Origin: an uncultured Clostridia bacterium
Lineage (GTDB): Bacteria > Bacillota > Clostridia > Christensenellales > UBA1242
Direction: 5' to 3'
DNA: 49,166 bases
Assembly: GCA_944332395.1 (NCBI GenBank)
Contig: CALVJV010000043.1
Location: 1-49,166, forward strand
The notes beneath the pieces are model-generated. The model was given only the letters and a program-made list of their open reading frames with translations, made no database searches and was not told the origin of the DNA. The first letter of the stretch is position 1. Every line of letters starts with the position of its first letter. Below are positions 29,858 to 41,463 of the stretch, one piece after another. A program made the translations under genes and the position numbers.

Positions 29858-30775
29858 TTATAATTTTTCAATAATTCGCAATTTTGCACTTGAACTTCTA
29901 CTATTTAGTTCTAATTCTTGTTGGCCAGCTATGATAGGCTTTTTTGTAACAAGTTTTCCTTCTGGCTTATGGTTACAAACACATTGAGGAAAAGATGGCG
30001 GACAAATACATCCACGTGTTAACTCTTGAAAAACATTTTTTACAATTCTATCCTCTAACGAATGAAATGAAATTATTGCCAACCTCCCACCATGTCTCAA
30101 TAACTCAAATACTTGCTTAATAAAAACATCTAATTCATCTAATTCACTATTTACTTCTATTCTTATCGCCTGAAAAACCTTTTGAACCGCCTTTTTTTTA
30201 TCGCCCTTAACAGCCGCAGAAACAATTTGTTGTAATTGCAAAGTGGTGTCAATTGTTGATTTTTCTCTTCGTTTAACAATAGCAGAAGCAATTCTACGAC
30301 TTTCGCGTTCTTCTCCATATTTGTAGATTATGTCCGCCAACGTTTTTTCTGAATAACCATTAACTACAGCCCAAGCAGTGAATTCATTATCTTGATTCAT
30401 TCTCATATCGAGTTTTGCATCTTTATTAAAAGAAAAGCCACGCTCTGAATTATCAATTTGATAGGAAGAAACTCCAAGATCAACTAAAATCCCGCCAAAT
30501 AATCCTTTTTTATCCAAAAGTTTTTTTGGAATTTCTTTAAAATTTGAATGTTCGTACTGCACCGTCTTAAAATTTTTTAAATTTTTTTTTGCAGCCTCTA
30601 TAGCTTCTTTGTCTTGGTCTACACCTATATAAATACGAGGGTTAAACCTTTCTATTATAGCCTTTGCATGTCCACCGCCACCTAAAGTGCAATCCAAAAA
30701 CAAGTCATCATTATTTAATTGAAAATTTTCTAATACTTCAGTTTTTAATACTGGAACATGAGAAAAATTTTGCAT
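29858..30775 (-). CDS. rsmH: 16S rRNA m4C1402 methyltransferase
   Basis: HVPVL, DCTLGGGGH, DLGVSSYQ, FQAIRIEVN, SFHSLEDRIVK. Confidence 0.97.
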   Translation of the reverse strand: MQNFSHVPVLKTEVLENFQLNNDDLFLDCTLGGGGHAKAIIERFNPRIYIGVDQDKEAIEAAKKNLKNFKTVQYEHSNFKEIPKKLLDKKGLFGGILVDLGVSSYQIDNSERGFSFNKDAKLDMRMNQDNEFTAWAVVNGYSEKTLADIIYKYGEERESRRIASAIVKRREKSTIDTTLQLQQIVSAAVKGDKKKAVQKVFQAIRIEVNSELDELDVFIKQVFELLRHGGRLAIISFHSLEDRIVKNVFQELTRGCICPPSFPQCVCNHKPEGKLVTKKPIIAGQQELELNSRSSSAKLRIIEKL

Positions 30776-30776
30776 A

Positions 30777-31199
30777 TCAAACTCCATGTTTTTTAAAACT
30801 TTGAGTTATAGTATCAAAATCAGAATTTGTATTGTATTCTTCCCAATGTTCTTCCGCCCATATTTCTACTCTTTTTCCAACTCCAACAAAGACAATATTC
30901 TTTTTTATATTCGCGAAATTTATTAATTCTTTGGGCAAAAGCAAACGACCTTGTGCATCTTCATCTGCTTCAAAAGCGGAACTAAGAAGAATTCTAACAC
31001 TTTTTTGGACATCTTCATCAAATGTTGGTAGTTCAGCTATTTTCTCAAACAACTTATCTCCACCATCTGGCAAAACAAACAAACAGCCACCAATACCTTT
31101 TGTTATAACAAAATTATTCCCCAATCCTTGTTTAAACTTGGAAGGAATTCTAATTCTGTTTTTTTGATCTATTTGATGTCTATAAGTTCCTAAAAACAT
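30777..31199 (-). CDS. mraZ: Transcriptional regulator MraZ
   Basis: MFLGTY.H.IDQKNRI.IP, DAQGRLLLP, VEIW. Confidence 0.96.
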   Translation of the reverse strand: MFLGTYRHQIDQKNRIRIPSKFKQGLGNNFVITKGIGGCLFVLPDGGDKLFEKIAELPTFDEDVQKSVRILLSSAFEADEDAQGRLLLPKELINFANIKKNIVFVGVGKRVEIWAEEHWEEYNTNSDFDTITQSFKKHGV

Positions 31200-31223
31200 C
31201 TCAACTCCTCTTTTGTGAGATAA

Positions 31224-31270
31224 TTATAGATTAAATAAAAACTTAAATCAACCACTTTTGACCACTTTTA
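31224..31270 (-). promoter_or_regulatory. dcw promoter with MraZ-binding direct repeats
   Basis: TTGATT-17-TATAAT; two AAAAGTGGT repeats at 10-bp period (31251-31270) abutting the -35. Confidence 0.7.
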
Positions 31271-31304
31271 AAACATTTTTTTATTTTTTTGTGCATTTAG
31301 ACTA

Positions 31305-31335
31305 AAAGAGCCTCGGTTTTAAACCAAGGCTCTTT
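31305..31335 (-). terminator. Intrinsic terminator after spoIIP
   Basis: AAAGAGCCTTGGTTTAAAACCGAGGCTCTTTT on the minus strand. Confidence 0.8.
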
Positions 31336-31340
31336 GATTT

Positions 31341-32543
31341 TTATATATCTCTGTCTGGCTTTTTCTTGCCAAAAATTCCAGCCGTCATTTCTGAAAAAAA
31401 TCTTTTAATGTGGTAATTAAACTGCTTATTCGTAAAGAACGCCACTAAAAACAATGCTGTTACATAAAGAAGAACTGCAAGCACAATCCATAATGCATCT
31501 AAAGAACCTTTATTCCCTTTTTTAAGCACCCCTTCTTTAAAATTAGAATCTGATTCGCCATTTAAAAATTCAACATCATTCAAAGAATTCTCGCTAGCTT
31601 GGTCAGTGCCATATAACACAACATCAATTGTTTTCGCAAGAGGCTCCACCGATCTTTCTACCAAATATTTTTCTATAGTATCGGCACCCATTTCAAATAA
31701 TATTGCGGCATTCGTTAATTGCTGGTTATAATTACCTTTACCAATGTAAATATCCTTTATCAAATTTGGATAAACTTCATCAGCATATGCCTTCAACCTT
31801 AAAGCCAAATCTTTGTTAGCCGATGAATTCAAATTGGCTGCTCCAATAACCATACGAACTTTACTCATGTCTTTGCCATTAACATTTGTAAAATATTCTT
31901 TTCTAGGTACAGCATCTCTATGTATATCAAAAATTGCATGAGACCCTTTTTCTAACAGTCTAGCCGCAGTTGCCTGGCTTCTAGTATAGGCTCCAGAATT
32001 ATGTGGCAAATGCAATGTTTCATCATAATATACAATCATATTACATTTCTCTAAATTAGACTTTAACAATGCTCCAATATCATGAATGCCACCCTTTCCA
32101 TAAATTGAATCATATCCGTCTCCAGTAGGATAAGATTCATCGTTATGAGTATGATAAAGTCCTACCACCTTTTTTGTGGATGCTAATGCTATATTATTTT
32201 TATTGTAATCTTTACTATTAAAATTGTTATTATTCAGTATTTTATCTTTTCTTCTTACATTTATTTTTGGAAGCTCAACATTCTCAACAAATTCTGCATA
32301 TGCTGTTTTGTCATTATCATTTACTGACACAATGTTATATAGTTTATTATCAGAAGAGATATATTGATCACCAACCTCAATGCCGTCGCCTTTTAAAAAT
32401 AATTCATTCTTGCTATCTTTATCATAAACAATATAATATTTTCGTGAAGAATCAGCATAAGCATTATTTTTACAAACGAAAACTGCATTTGGGATAAGAA
32501 AAAGTAGTAAAACCAATACAGCAGAAATATATTTTTTCATCAT
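31341..32543 (-). CDS. spoIIP: Stage II sporulation protein P (amidase) with extra C-terminal TM
   Basis: YHTHNDESY, AYTRS, DIHRDA, YNQQL, LFEMG. Confidence 0.88.
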   Translation of the reverse strand: MMKKYISAVLVLLLFLIPNAVFVCKNNAYADSSRKYYIVYDKDSKNELFLKGDGIEVGDQYISSDNKLYNIVSVNDNDKTAYAEFVENVELPKINVRRKDKILNNNNFNSKDYNKNNIALASTKKVVGLYHTHNDESYPTGDGYDSIYGKGGIHDIGALLKSNLEKCNMIVYYDETLHLPHNSGAYTRSQATAARLLEKGSHAIFDIHRDAVPRKEYFTNVNGKDMSKVRMVIGAANLNSSANKDLALRLKAYADEVYPNLIKDIYIGKGNYNQQLTNAAILFEMGADTIEKYLVERSVEPLAKTIDVVLYGTDQASENSLNDVEFLNGESDSNFKEGVLKKGNKGSLDALWIVLAVLLYVTALFLVAFFTNKQFNYHIKRFFSEMTAGIFGKKKPDRDI

Positions 32544-33304
32544 TTTACACTCCTCTCATTTAAAACTTCATTTTTCTGCGATTCTTCTCTTTTTGTTGAT
32601 TTTTTGTTGGAAGACATGCTCATTTGCGCATTTTTTTGTTTATTAACATCAGATTTATCAACAAATTTACCATCTATAAAATCTTTTCTCTCTTTAGTCT
32701 TTTCCTTTGCAAATCTTTCAAAACTTTCACCAATAATTTCACACAATCCCACAGCAATTAAAATTGAAATTACCATCGAATCAAAAGCCCCTGCAACCCC
32801 TAACGACAATTTTGTGCTTTCAACCCCAGAGGCTATATTTATAATAAATTGTATAACTCGAGCTAAAGAAATTCCTAATATTGAACATATGAACGCATTT
32901 CGTCGACTTCGTCCAAGCACATATGCAACCAAACCTGCAACAATTCCATAAAGGTACATATAATCAATTAGTACATTTTCAGGCTTGGCTGGAAGCAAAT
33001 ACTCCAAACCAATAATAATCCCGGCTGTAACAATCGTGCCTAAAAAAGCCCTGAATAAATCCCTACTCCAACCAACCTTAATTAGCAAATAAATACATAC
33101 TCCAAATGGAATTAAAAATCCGCCTATGTTAAACTCAAAATGTGCTCCTATTCGAATAGTCGGAAGCGCCAAACCTATGGCAACTGCAATCATCACAACT
33201 AGCGCCCAAATATCATTCATTCTCATTCGATCTAATATGCGCTGCCCCGCACCAAACATAATTAAAAAAATAAGAACTAATAAAATAATATATCCAACCG
33301 TCAT
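32540..33304 (-). CDS. DUF1614-like membrane protein
   Basis: RILDRMRM, FNIGGFLIP, GRSRRNAF, LGVAGAFD; usual neighbour of clostridial spoIIP. Confidence 0.75.
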   Translation of the reverse strand: MTVGYIILLVLIFLIMFGAGQRILDRMRMNDIWALVVMIAVAIGLALPTIRIGAHFEFNIGGFLIPFGVCIYLLIKVGWSRDLFRAFLGTIVTAGIIIGLEYLLPAKPENVLIDYMYLYGIVAGLVAYVLGRSRRNAFICSILGISLARVIQFIINIASGVESTKLSLGVAGAFDSMVISILIAVGLCEIIGESFERFAKEKTKERKDFIDGKFVDKSDVNKQKNAQMSMSSNKKSTKREESQKNEVLNERSVK

Positions 33305-33323
33305 ACTAAAACTCCTTTTGTTT

Positions 33324-33352
33324 TAGTATGTTATGTGCTTATATTTTTATTC
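33324..33352 (-). promoter_or_regulatory. Putative forespore (sigmaG/sigmaF) promoter
   Basis: GAATA-17-CATACTA. Confidence 0.55.
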
Positions 33353-33356
33353 AAAA

Positions 33357-35030
33357 TCACATATAATTGTCAGGTAAATCATTTTCAAACAAAACAACAT
33401 CACCCGGCTCCGCAAAAGTGTTGAGAACTTCTATAGCTTGTCTTAAACTCCCGGCACGTAATATATTTTCTTTTTTAAAACCGCCAAATAATAATCCTGC
33501 TTCAATAGCTTCAAAATTTCCAACTCCATCTATTATAACCTTATCACAAACCTTTGACATATCAATGCCAAACTGAAAATTACTATTAAACTCCTCTTTC
33601 CCTAATTCGACCAATCCAGGTGTAATAACATATTTTTTCCCTGAAAATAGACTTAATACTTCTAATGCTGCCTTACAGCCAGTTACATTTCCATTATAAG
33701 CATCATCAATTACTATCAGAGAATTTTGACTCGGCATTAAAGCAAGCCTATGCGCTGTTGGAGTTAGCTTTGAAATACCACGCTTTATTTCATTAATACT
33801 CATTCCCAAGTCATAGCAAACCGAAGCACACAATAAAATATTAGAAATATTATGTTTTCCTAGTAAAGATGTTTTGCATACGGCATTCTGCCCATCTATA
33901 TGCAAAACAAAAGATGAACCTTTTTCATTAACATGAATATCATCAGCAAAGCAATCAAACTTGTTATTTAATATGGATACAATCCTTTTCTGCCCATTAA
34001 ACCTTTCGTATAGTTCCACGCACCCTTCACTATCGCCAGAAAAATACATTTTACCAAATTTTTCAACACTTTGCGCAAGCTCAAACTTTGTATTTTTTAA
34101 GTTTTCAATGCTCCCAAAAGTTGCCATGTGCTGATTCCCAATTCCAGTTAAAATGCCAATTTGTGGTTTTATCATGTTACACAAAAATTTGATATCGCCA
34201 ACATATCTAGCGCCCATTTCCGCAATAAAAATTTGATCTTTTTCTTTCAAATTGTTTAAAATAGTTTTTGAAAGACCCATCGGTGTATTAAAAGATTGAG
34301 GGGTTGCACAGACTAAAAATTTTTCACTCAATAATGTGTTGAGCATATTCTTTACCGAGGTCTTCCCATAAGAACCAGTAATTCCAATTTTAATTAATGA
34401 TTGGTGTTTAGATAATTTCATCATTGCTTTCTTTATAAAACGCTTGTTGTTTGCTATTTCAAATGGCAATGTAATCAAATGCGAAAAAATAATAATCAAA
34501 GGCAAAATTGCTGGCACTAAAGCAACTGTACCATATCTAAAATATGGAAGATTCATATCTGAAACCCCTGTTAAAACAAAAGTAATGCCAAAGACAAAAA
34601 TAAACATCACAACCATGAGTCTATTTAATCTAGGAGTGTATTTTAAAGGCGTTTTCATTGGTAATGCATACATATTAATAATGTAAACAATCAAGAATAT
34701 AAGATAAAAACCAAGTCCTAAATAAGTCATAATTTTATATTTAAAAAAGTCTGACAACAAAACATTTGTAATTAATAGGGCAGCGCTAGATAAAACTGAC
34801 AACATTAAAAGACCGCTCCATGTTTTACCTTTTGTCTCTGCTATCCAAGCAAAATAACCCTTAATTTTATAACCTGAAAGTTGTAAAACTTGTAAAAATC
34901 TATAGCCAACAAAACACATAGCTATAGCATTTAACATAGCTATAGCAATACACATCCAAAATGTCAACCAAGTATCAAAGCCTAATGGTGCTGGCATATT
35001 TGTAGGTTCAACTGATAAAATAAATTGCAT
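33357..35030 (-). CDS. murF: MurF-like Mur ligase with N-terminal multi-TM domain
   Basis: GITGSYGKTS, SFNTPMG, EMGA, HRL, IDDAYN, ITPGLVELG, LFENDLPDNY. Confidence 0.8.
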   Translation of the reverse strand: MQFILSVEPTNMPAPLGFDTWLTFWMCIAIAMLNAIAMCFVGYRFLQVLQLSGYKIKGYFAWIAETKGKTWSGLLMLSVLSSAALLITNVLLSDFFKYKIMTYLGLGFYLIFLIVYIINMYALPMKTPLKYTPRLNRLMVVMFIFVFGITFVLTGVSDMNLPYFRYGTVALVPAILPLIIIFSHLITLPFEIANNKRFIKKAMMKLSKHQSLIKIGITGSYGKTSVKNMLNTLLSEKFLVCATPQSFNTPMGLSKTILNNLKEKDQIFIAEMGARYVGDIKFLCNMIKPQIGILTGIGNQHMATFGSIENLKNTKFELAQSVEKFGKMYFSGDSEGCVELYERFNGQKRIVSILNNKFDCFADDIHVNEKGSSFVLHIDGQNAVCKTSLLGKHNISNILLCASVCYDLGMSINEIKRGISKLTPTAHRLALMPSQNSLIVIDDAYNGNVTGCKAALEVLSLFSGKKYVITPGLVELGKEEFNSNFQFGIDMSKVCDKVIIDGVGNFEAIEAGLLFGGFKKENILRAGSLRQAIEVLNTFAEPGDVVLFENDLPDNYM

Positions 35031-35047
35031 ATTACACTCCCCTATTA

Positions 35048-35770
35048 CTATACAAAAAAATATTGCAAAATCAAAGCAAATCTCAAACTTTCTTCATAAA
35101 AACAAAAATGACTACAATTATTCATAACAATTAATTTAGAGTTTTTAATTAATTTACATAATTTTTTACCCATATACAAAGGTGTAGCTTTGTCTTCTTT
35201 CCCCCAAACCAAAATTGTTGGCGTTTTTATTTTTTTTGCATAACATGAAAGATCTTTATGGATAATTTTATTAAAACATTGTTTCATAATTGGAGATAAA
35301 TTAATATAATCCAAACTTCCTTTTTTGTCTAGGCTATTTAAACCCACAATTTTGCATTTAACCAAAAATTTTTTAATTTTAAAAAATAAAATTTTAAATT
35401 TAACTTTCAAGTTAAATCTTGGCTTTAATCCAGCACAACCAACCAAAACTGCTTTTCTAAACAATGCCGGGTAGTTTCCTAATAGATATAGAGCTATTCG
35501 CCCTCCAAACGAATGTGCGACTAAATCAATTTTATTAAGATTATTATTTTTTATAAATTTAATTAACTCTTCACCAATTTCTGGCACACCTATAACCGAT
35601 GTGGGCTGAGGCGTTCTTCCATGTCCAGGAAAAGATATAAACCAAAGGTCCCTATCTTTAAAACAATTCCTTAAAAAGTAAAAACTATTTTTGTCGCCAC
35701 CCCAACCATGCAAAAATAAAATTGGAGTTTTTTTGTTTTTATATTTCGACTTAACAACTAAAAAATCCAT
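35048..35770 (-). CDS. Alpha/beta hydrolase
   Basis: LHGWG, AHSFGG nucleophile, WGKEDKATP, SHF. Confidence 0.9.
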   Translation of the reverse strand: MDFLVVKSKYKNKKTPILFLHGWGGDKNSFYFLRNCFKDRDLWFISFPGHGRTPQPTSVIGVPEIGEELIKFIKNNNLNKIDLVAHSFGGRIALYLLGNYPALFRKAVLVGCAGLKPRFNLKVKFKILFFKIKKFLVKCKIVGLNSLDKKGSLDYINLSPIMKQCFNKIIHKDLSCYAKKIKTPTILVWGKEDKATPLYMGKKLCKLIKNSKLIVMNNCSHFCFYEESLRFALILQYFFV

Positions 35771-35806
35771 TAATATAATTTATGAAAATAAAGTCATCTT
35801 TGCCAA

Positions 35807-36256
35807 TTATAAATCCAATTGCATAACCAAAGCATTTCTACTCTTAAAATTTTCATCATCATAATAATTCTTCCTAATATACCGTTGTGTAAACCCCAAT
35901 TTTTTATACAAATTAACAGCAATATAATTACTTTCGTTTACTTCCAAATAAATAGTTTTACAACCTTTTCTTTGAGCATGAGCAACAATTCCCGCCAATA
36001 CATATTTACCAATACCCAAATTTCTATACAAAGAATCAACTGCAAGCGTCAATAGTTCGCACTCATAATCAATAATCATCGTGCCAAAATACCCAACAAT
36101 AAGCCTATTTAACTCAACAACACCATACCAATACAAATCAGAATCTATACAATGATCAAAATCTTCTGGAGTTCGCTGCCCAAAGGCTTCAAGTTGAATA
36201 TCGCATACATAAGCAACATCTTTTTTCTCCATATCACGAATTTTTAAGTCCATCAT
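35807..36256 (-). CDS. rimI: RimI-like GNAT acetyltransferase
   Basis: LAVD..YRNLGIG, LEVNESN..A..LY.KLGF, RKNYY; SD AAGGAG. Confidence 0.88.
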   Translation of the reverse strand: MMDLKIRDMEKKDVAYVCDIQLEAFGQRTPEDFDHCIDSDLYWYGVVELNRLIVGYFGTMIIDYECELLTLAVDSLYRNLGIGKYVLAGIVAHAQRKGCKTIYLEVNESNYIAVNLYKKLGFTQRYIRKNYYDDENFKSRNALVMQLDL

Positions 36257-36863
36257 TTTTCTCCTTTTGTGCTTTTTCAATTTCTGCTTGACTAGCTCTC
36301 AAATAAATTGGTTTTAATTCTATGTTTGATTTAAAATCAATAATATTTTTTACAAATTTAATAAAATCATCATTTGGTAAAACATAGTTTTTAATATCCA
36401 TTTTTTTCGCAAGATCAAGATTGCAAACAACTTTTGAATTACCAATGATTTTTGATACATTACAAATTTTTTCACAAAACATATCATTCTTTTGTTTTAG
36501 ATAAACAAAGTCTGAAAACGCTGGAACAATTACAATTTCACAATTTATATCATATGAATAAAAATCAAAAGTAGAAAAAGATATTATTTTAATATTTTTA
36601 TCTAGTCCACATATTAATCCCTTAACAAACGAAACCGCAACTCTATTACCTGTAAATGATCCTGGCCCAACACATACTGCAACAGCATCTAAATCATCAA
36701 TCTTAATACAATGCTTATTTAATATTCCTAAAATATTATAAGCCAAATTATCACTTGTTTTTTCATGTGATACAACTTCGTCTGTTTCTCCATTTTTCAT
36801 ACATAGAGCGACTCTAAATCCGTTTTCAGCACAAAAAAGTCCTAAAATATTTAATTTTTCCAT
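36234..36863 (-). CDS. tsaB: t6A biosynthesis protein TsaB (divergent)
   Basis: AVCVGPGSFTGNRV, C-terminal PIYLRASQAE. Confidence 0.85.
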   Translation of the reverse strand: MEKLNILGLFCAENGFRVALCMKNGETDEVVSHEKTSDNLAYNILGILNKHCIKIDDLDAVAVCVGPGSFTGNRVAVSFVKGLICGLDKNIKIISFSTFDFYSYDINCEIVIVPAFSDFVYLKQKNDMFCEKICNVSKIIGNSKVVCNLDLAKKMDIKNYVLPNDDFIKFVKNIIDFKSNIELKPIYLRASQAEIEKAQKEKNDGLKNS

Positions 36864-37270
36864 TCTATATCAATTCTCCTTTGGTCCTCATCTATTTTAG
36901 AAATTCGAACAACGCAGGTTGGCTCTGAAAAAATATTAAGTTTTTTTGGCCATTCAACAATTTTAATTCCATCTCCAAATAAAATTTCTTCGCCACCAAA
37001 CGCAAAAAACTCTTCCAAACTAGCGACTCTATATAAATCAAAATGATGAATATTAAAATGCTTGCCCTCATACGTATATACAATTGCAAAAGATGGCGAA
37101 GAAACCCTACATTTTGCAAATCTTTTTACTATGCCCTTAACAAAAACTGTCTTACCAGCGCCCAAATCACCATAAAGCAAAACAGTATTGCCATTTTTTA
37201 ACCGCTTTGCAAGCTTTTGCGCAATTCTTATAGTTTGTTTTTCTGATTTTGATATATAAGATTCTTTCAT
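36851..37270 (-). CDS. tsaE: t6A biosynthesis ATPase TsaE
   Basis: GDLGAGKT, SSPSF, HFDLYR, VEWP. Confidence 0.95.
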   Translation of the reverse strand: MKESYISKSEKQTIRIAQKLAKRLKNGNTVLLYGDLGAGKTVFVKGIVKRFAKCRVSSPSFAIVYTYEGKHFNIHHFDLYRVASLEEFFAFGGEEILFGDGIKIVEWPKKLNIFSEPTCVVRISKIDEDQRRIDIEWKN

Positions 37271-37272
37271 TG

Positions 37273-37953
37273 TTAAACCTCTCGACTAGTACCAATTCGT
37301 TCTGCACCTGCTCGGATTAAATTCCAAACATCTTCTTTGGTTGCAACGCCCCCAGAAGCTTTAATTTTTATTTTATCGGATACTATACTTTTAATAACCT
37401 GAACAATTTCGGGACAGGCACCCCCAGCCCCAAATCCAGTACTCGTCATAATATAATCAACCTTACATTTAACACAAATTTTACATACTTTTTCAATTTC
37501 ATCTCGAGTTAATGCTGAAGTTTCAATTATAACTTTAATTTCATGTTTCCGTGCACATCTGACCATTCGAGAAATTTCTTTTTTCAACATTGCATATTCA
37601 CCATTTTTAACAAAAGCAAGATTAATAACGCAATCAATATAGTCAGCGCCATCAGCAAAAGCACGTTTGATTTCATCGAGTTTTGTTGCAAGAACACTTG
37701 CTCCCAATGGAAAATTAATAACCGTACCAACGCATAAAACATTTTCGAATTTATCTTTAATAATCTGTCTAGCTAATGCAACATAAGATGGCAACACACA
37801 TAAACTTTTATATCTGTTTTTATATGTAATATTAATTGCTTTTTCAATGTCATTACGGGTAAGCAAGGGTGACAATGCCGAAAAATCTACGGCTGTTCTA
37901 TAATCTTTTAAAGAAATATGCTCTTTTTTTTCATTTATAGAATTTTCAAACAT
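37273..37953 (-). CDS. deoC: DeoC-like aldolase-fold protein, Schiff-base Lys replaced by Met
   Basis: TVINFPLG, GADYIDCVIN, KVIIET, YIMTSTGF (normally KTSTG), IKASGGV, GAERIGTS. Confidence 0.8.
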   Translation of the reverse strand: MFENSINEKKEHISLKDYRTAVDFSALSPLLTRNDIEKAINITYKNRYKSLCVLPSYVALARQIIKDKFENVLCVGTVINFPLGASVLATKLDEIKRAFADGADYIDCVINLAFVKNGEYAMLKKEISRMVRCARKHEIKVIIETSALTRDEIEKVCKICVKCKVDYIMTSTGFGAGGACPEIVQVIKSIVSDKIKIKASGGVATKEDVWNLIRAGAERIGTSREV

Positions 37954-38024
37954 CAAAATAGTATAACATATTTAATAACTAATTCAAATGGTTTATAATA
38001 AATTTAAATGGACAAAATTATTAC

Positions 38025-38783
38025 ATGAAAACTAAACCAACTTTTTTTGCTCAATTAATTAATCTTTTTTTTATAACAATATTAACATGTTTAATATTTT
38101 TTTCATTGTTTAGACATTATTTTGATGTCTATCTTTCATTGATTTTAGCAATGATATCATCTGCAACTATATCTTTGCTTTTTTATAAATTTAAAAATAG
38201 AAAATATATTAAGTTAGGAATACAATCAAAAGAACTCGCCCATGCCGAAAAGGTCATGCTTGCACTTTATTCCTCGCCACAAATAGTTGTCGATAAATTT
38301 TTCTATTTAGTAATAAAAAAAAGTTATCCTGAAGCCGAATTAAAAAACAACTGGATAATTACAAAAAAACAAGCAATAAGTTGTTTTTTTTCAAATAAAA
38401 TCACATCTATTAAAGAAATAAAAGAAAGGATTCATATTTGCCCTGATTTTAAAAAAGAAAAAATAGCAATAGGATTAGATTTTGAAGATGAAGCATCTTC
38501 ATGCAATATAAAATTAATTTCAAGTGTTGAATGTTACGCATTTTTAAAAAGACAAAAGACTTTTCCAAAAACCGAAAATGTTAAAATTAAATCAAGAAAA
38601 ACATTAAAAGCTGCGATATCCCGCAAAAATTTTAAAAAATATATACTATTAGCAGTTGTTTTTTCATTATCAAGTTATTTTATGCCACAAATAAAACTAT
38701 ATTTTATTTTTACAATAATAACAACATTTTTAGCTATTTTATCTCTATTTTCAAAAAAAGAAACAGCCAATACATTTATATAG
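38025..38783 (+). CDS. Hypothetical membrane protein (2 N-terminal + 2 C-terminal TM)
   Basis: 252-aa ORF with hydrophobic segments at both ends. Confidence 0.65.
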   Translation: MKTKPTFFAQLINLFFITILTCLIFFSLFRHYFDVYLSLILAMISSATISLLFYKFKNRKYIKLGIQSKELAHAEKVMLALYSSPQIVVDKFFYLVIKKSYPEAELKNNWIITKKQAISCFFSNKITSIKEIKERIHICPDFKKEKIAIGLDFEDEASSCNIKLISSVECYAFLKRQKTFPKTENVKIKSRKTLKAAISRKNFKKYILLAVVFSLSSYFMPQIKLYFIFTIITTFLAILSLFSKKETANTFI

Positions 38784-38831
38784 ATAGACAACGCAACAAA
38801 TTCTACCATAAAAAATATCTAAATTTAAAGT

Positions 38832-39125
38832 CTATAAAGTTAATAAATGCTTTATATTTTTTTTGTTACTAATTTTATATAATACAATTTTTTGACCAAT
38901 AATGCAAATTGGATCAGCGCCCGTTTTATCACACAAACAATCAAGAACATTCTTTGGGGTTTCAGGACAAGTTTTTAAAACATTAATTTTTATTAGTTCC
39001 CGTGCATGTAATGCATCATTAACTGCCATTACAACATTTTCTGTTACACCTTCATGCCCGATCTGAAAAATGACATTTATTTTATTTGATATAGCTCTCA
39101 ATTTTGCCCTAGTTTTGCTATCCAT
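38832..39125 (-). CDS. yhbY: YhbY/CRM RNA-binding protein
   Basis: LRAIS, FQIGHEG, ALHARELIKINVL, IGQKIVLY; follows obg. Confidence 0.92.
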   Translation of the reverse strand: MDSKTRAKLRAISNKINVIFQIGHEGVTENVVMAVNDALHARELIKINVLKTCPETPKNVLDCLCDKTGADPICIIGQKIVLYKISNKKNIKHLLTL

Positions 39126-39128
39126 GTC

Positions 39129-41025
<1,897 letters not shown>

Positions 41026-41026
41026 A

Positions 41027-41410
41027 TCAATTAAATTTGTGGTATATGAGCATTAAAATTTTAAAAGTAACCGAATCCGAAAAATTACGCAAATTAAATC
41101 CGGTCATCTTTTGTACTTTATCCAATCGATAAACAAGAGTATTTCTGTGCAAGAATGATTTTTTCCCTGTCTCTGACAAATTTAAATTATTAGCAAAAAA
41201 AGCTTCTATTGAAGAAACAAGACTTTCATCTTTCATTATCGAAACGAACCCTTCATCAAAAAGCATATTTTTAAGTTCTGACAATTCACCAATGGGAATC
41301 ATCTCAAAAATTGTGTTAACAAGACAATATTTATCATCTTTTTCACAAACAAAATCTAAACTTTTAATTTCGCCTGAATCTATTTTGCTTTTTATTGTTT
41401 CCTTTACCAC
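41027..41410 (-). CDS. PucR/CdaR C-terminal HTH-only protein
   Basis: FFANNLNLSET...LHRNTLVYRLDKVQKMTG.NLR.F.D. Confidence 0.85.
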   Translation of the reverse strand: MVKETIKSKIDSGEIKSLDFVCEKDDKYCLVNTIFEMIPIGELSELKNMLFDEGFVSIMKDESLVSSIEAFFANNLNLSETGKKSFLHRNTLVYRLDKVQKMTGFNLRNFSDSVTFKILMLIYHKFN

Positions 41411-41463
41411 AATTACACCTCAATTATATTTTATCAAAAATTTTAAATAGTGCAAACAAAAAA

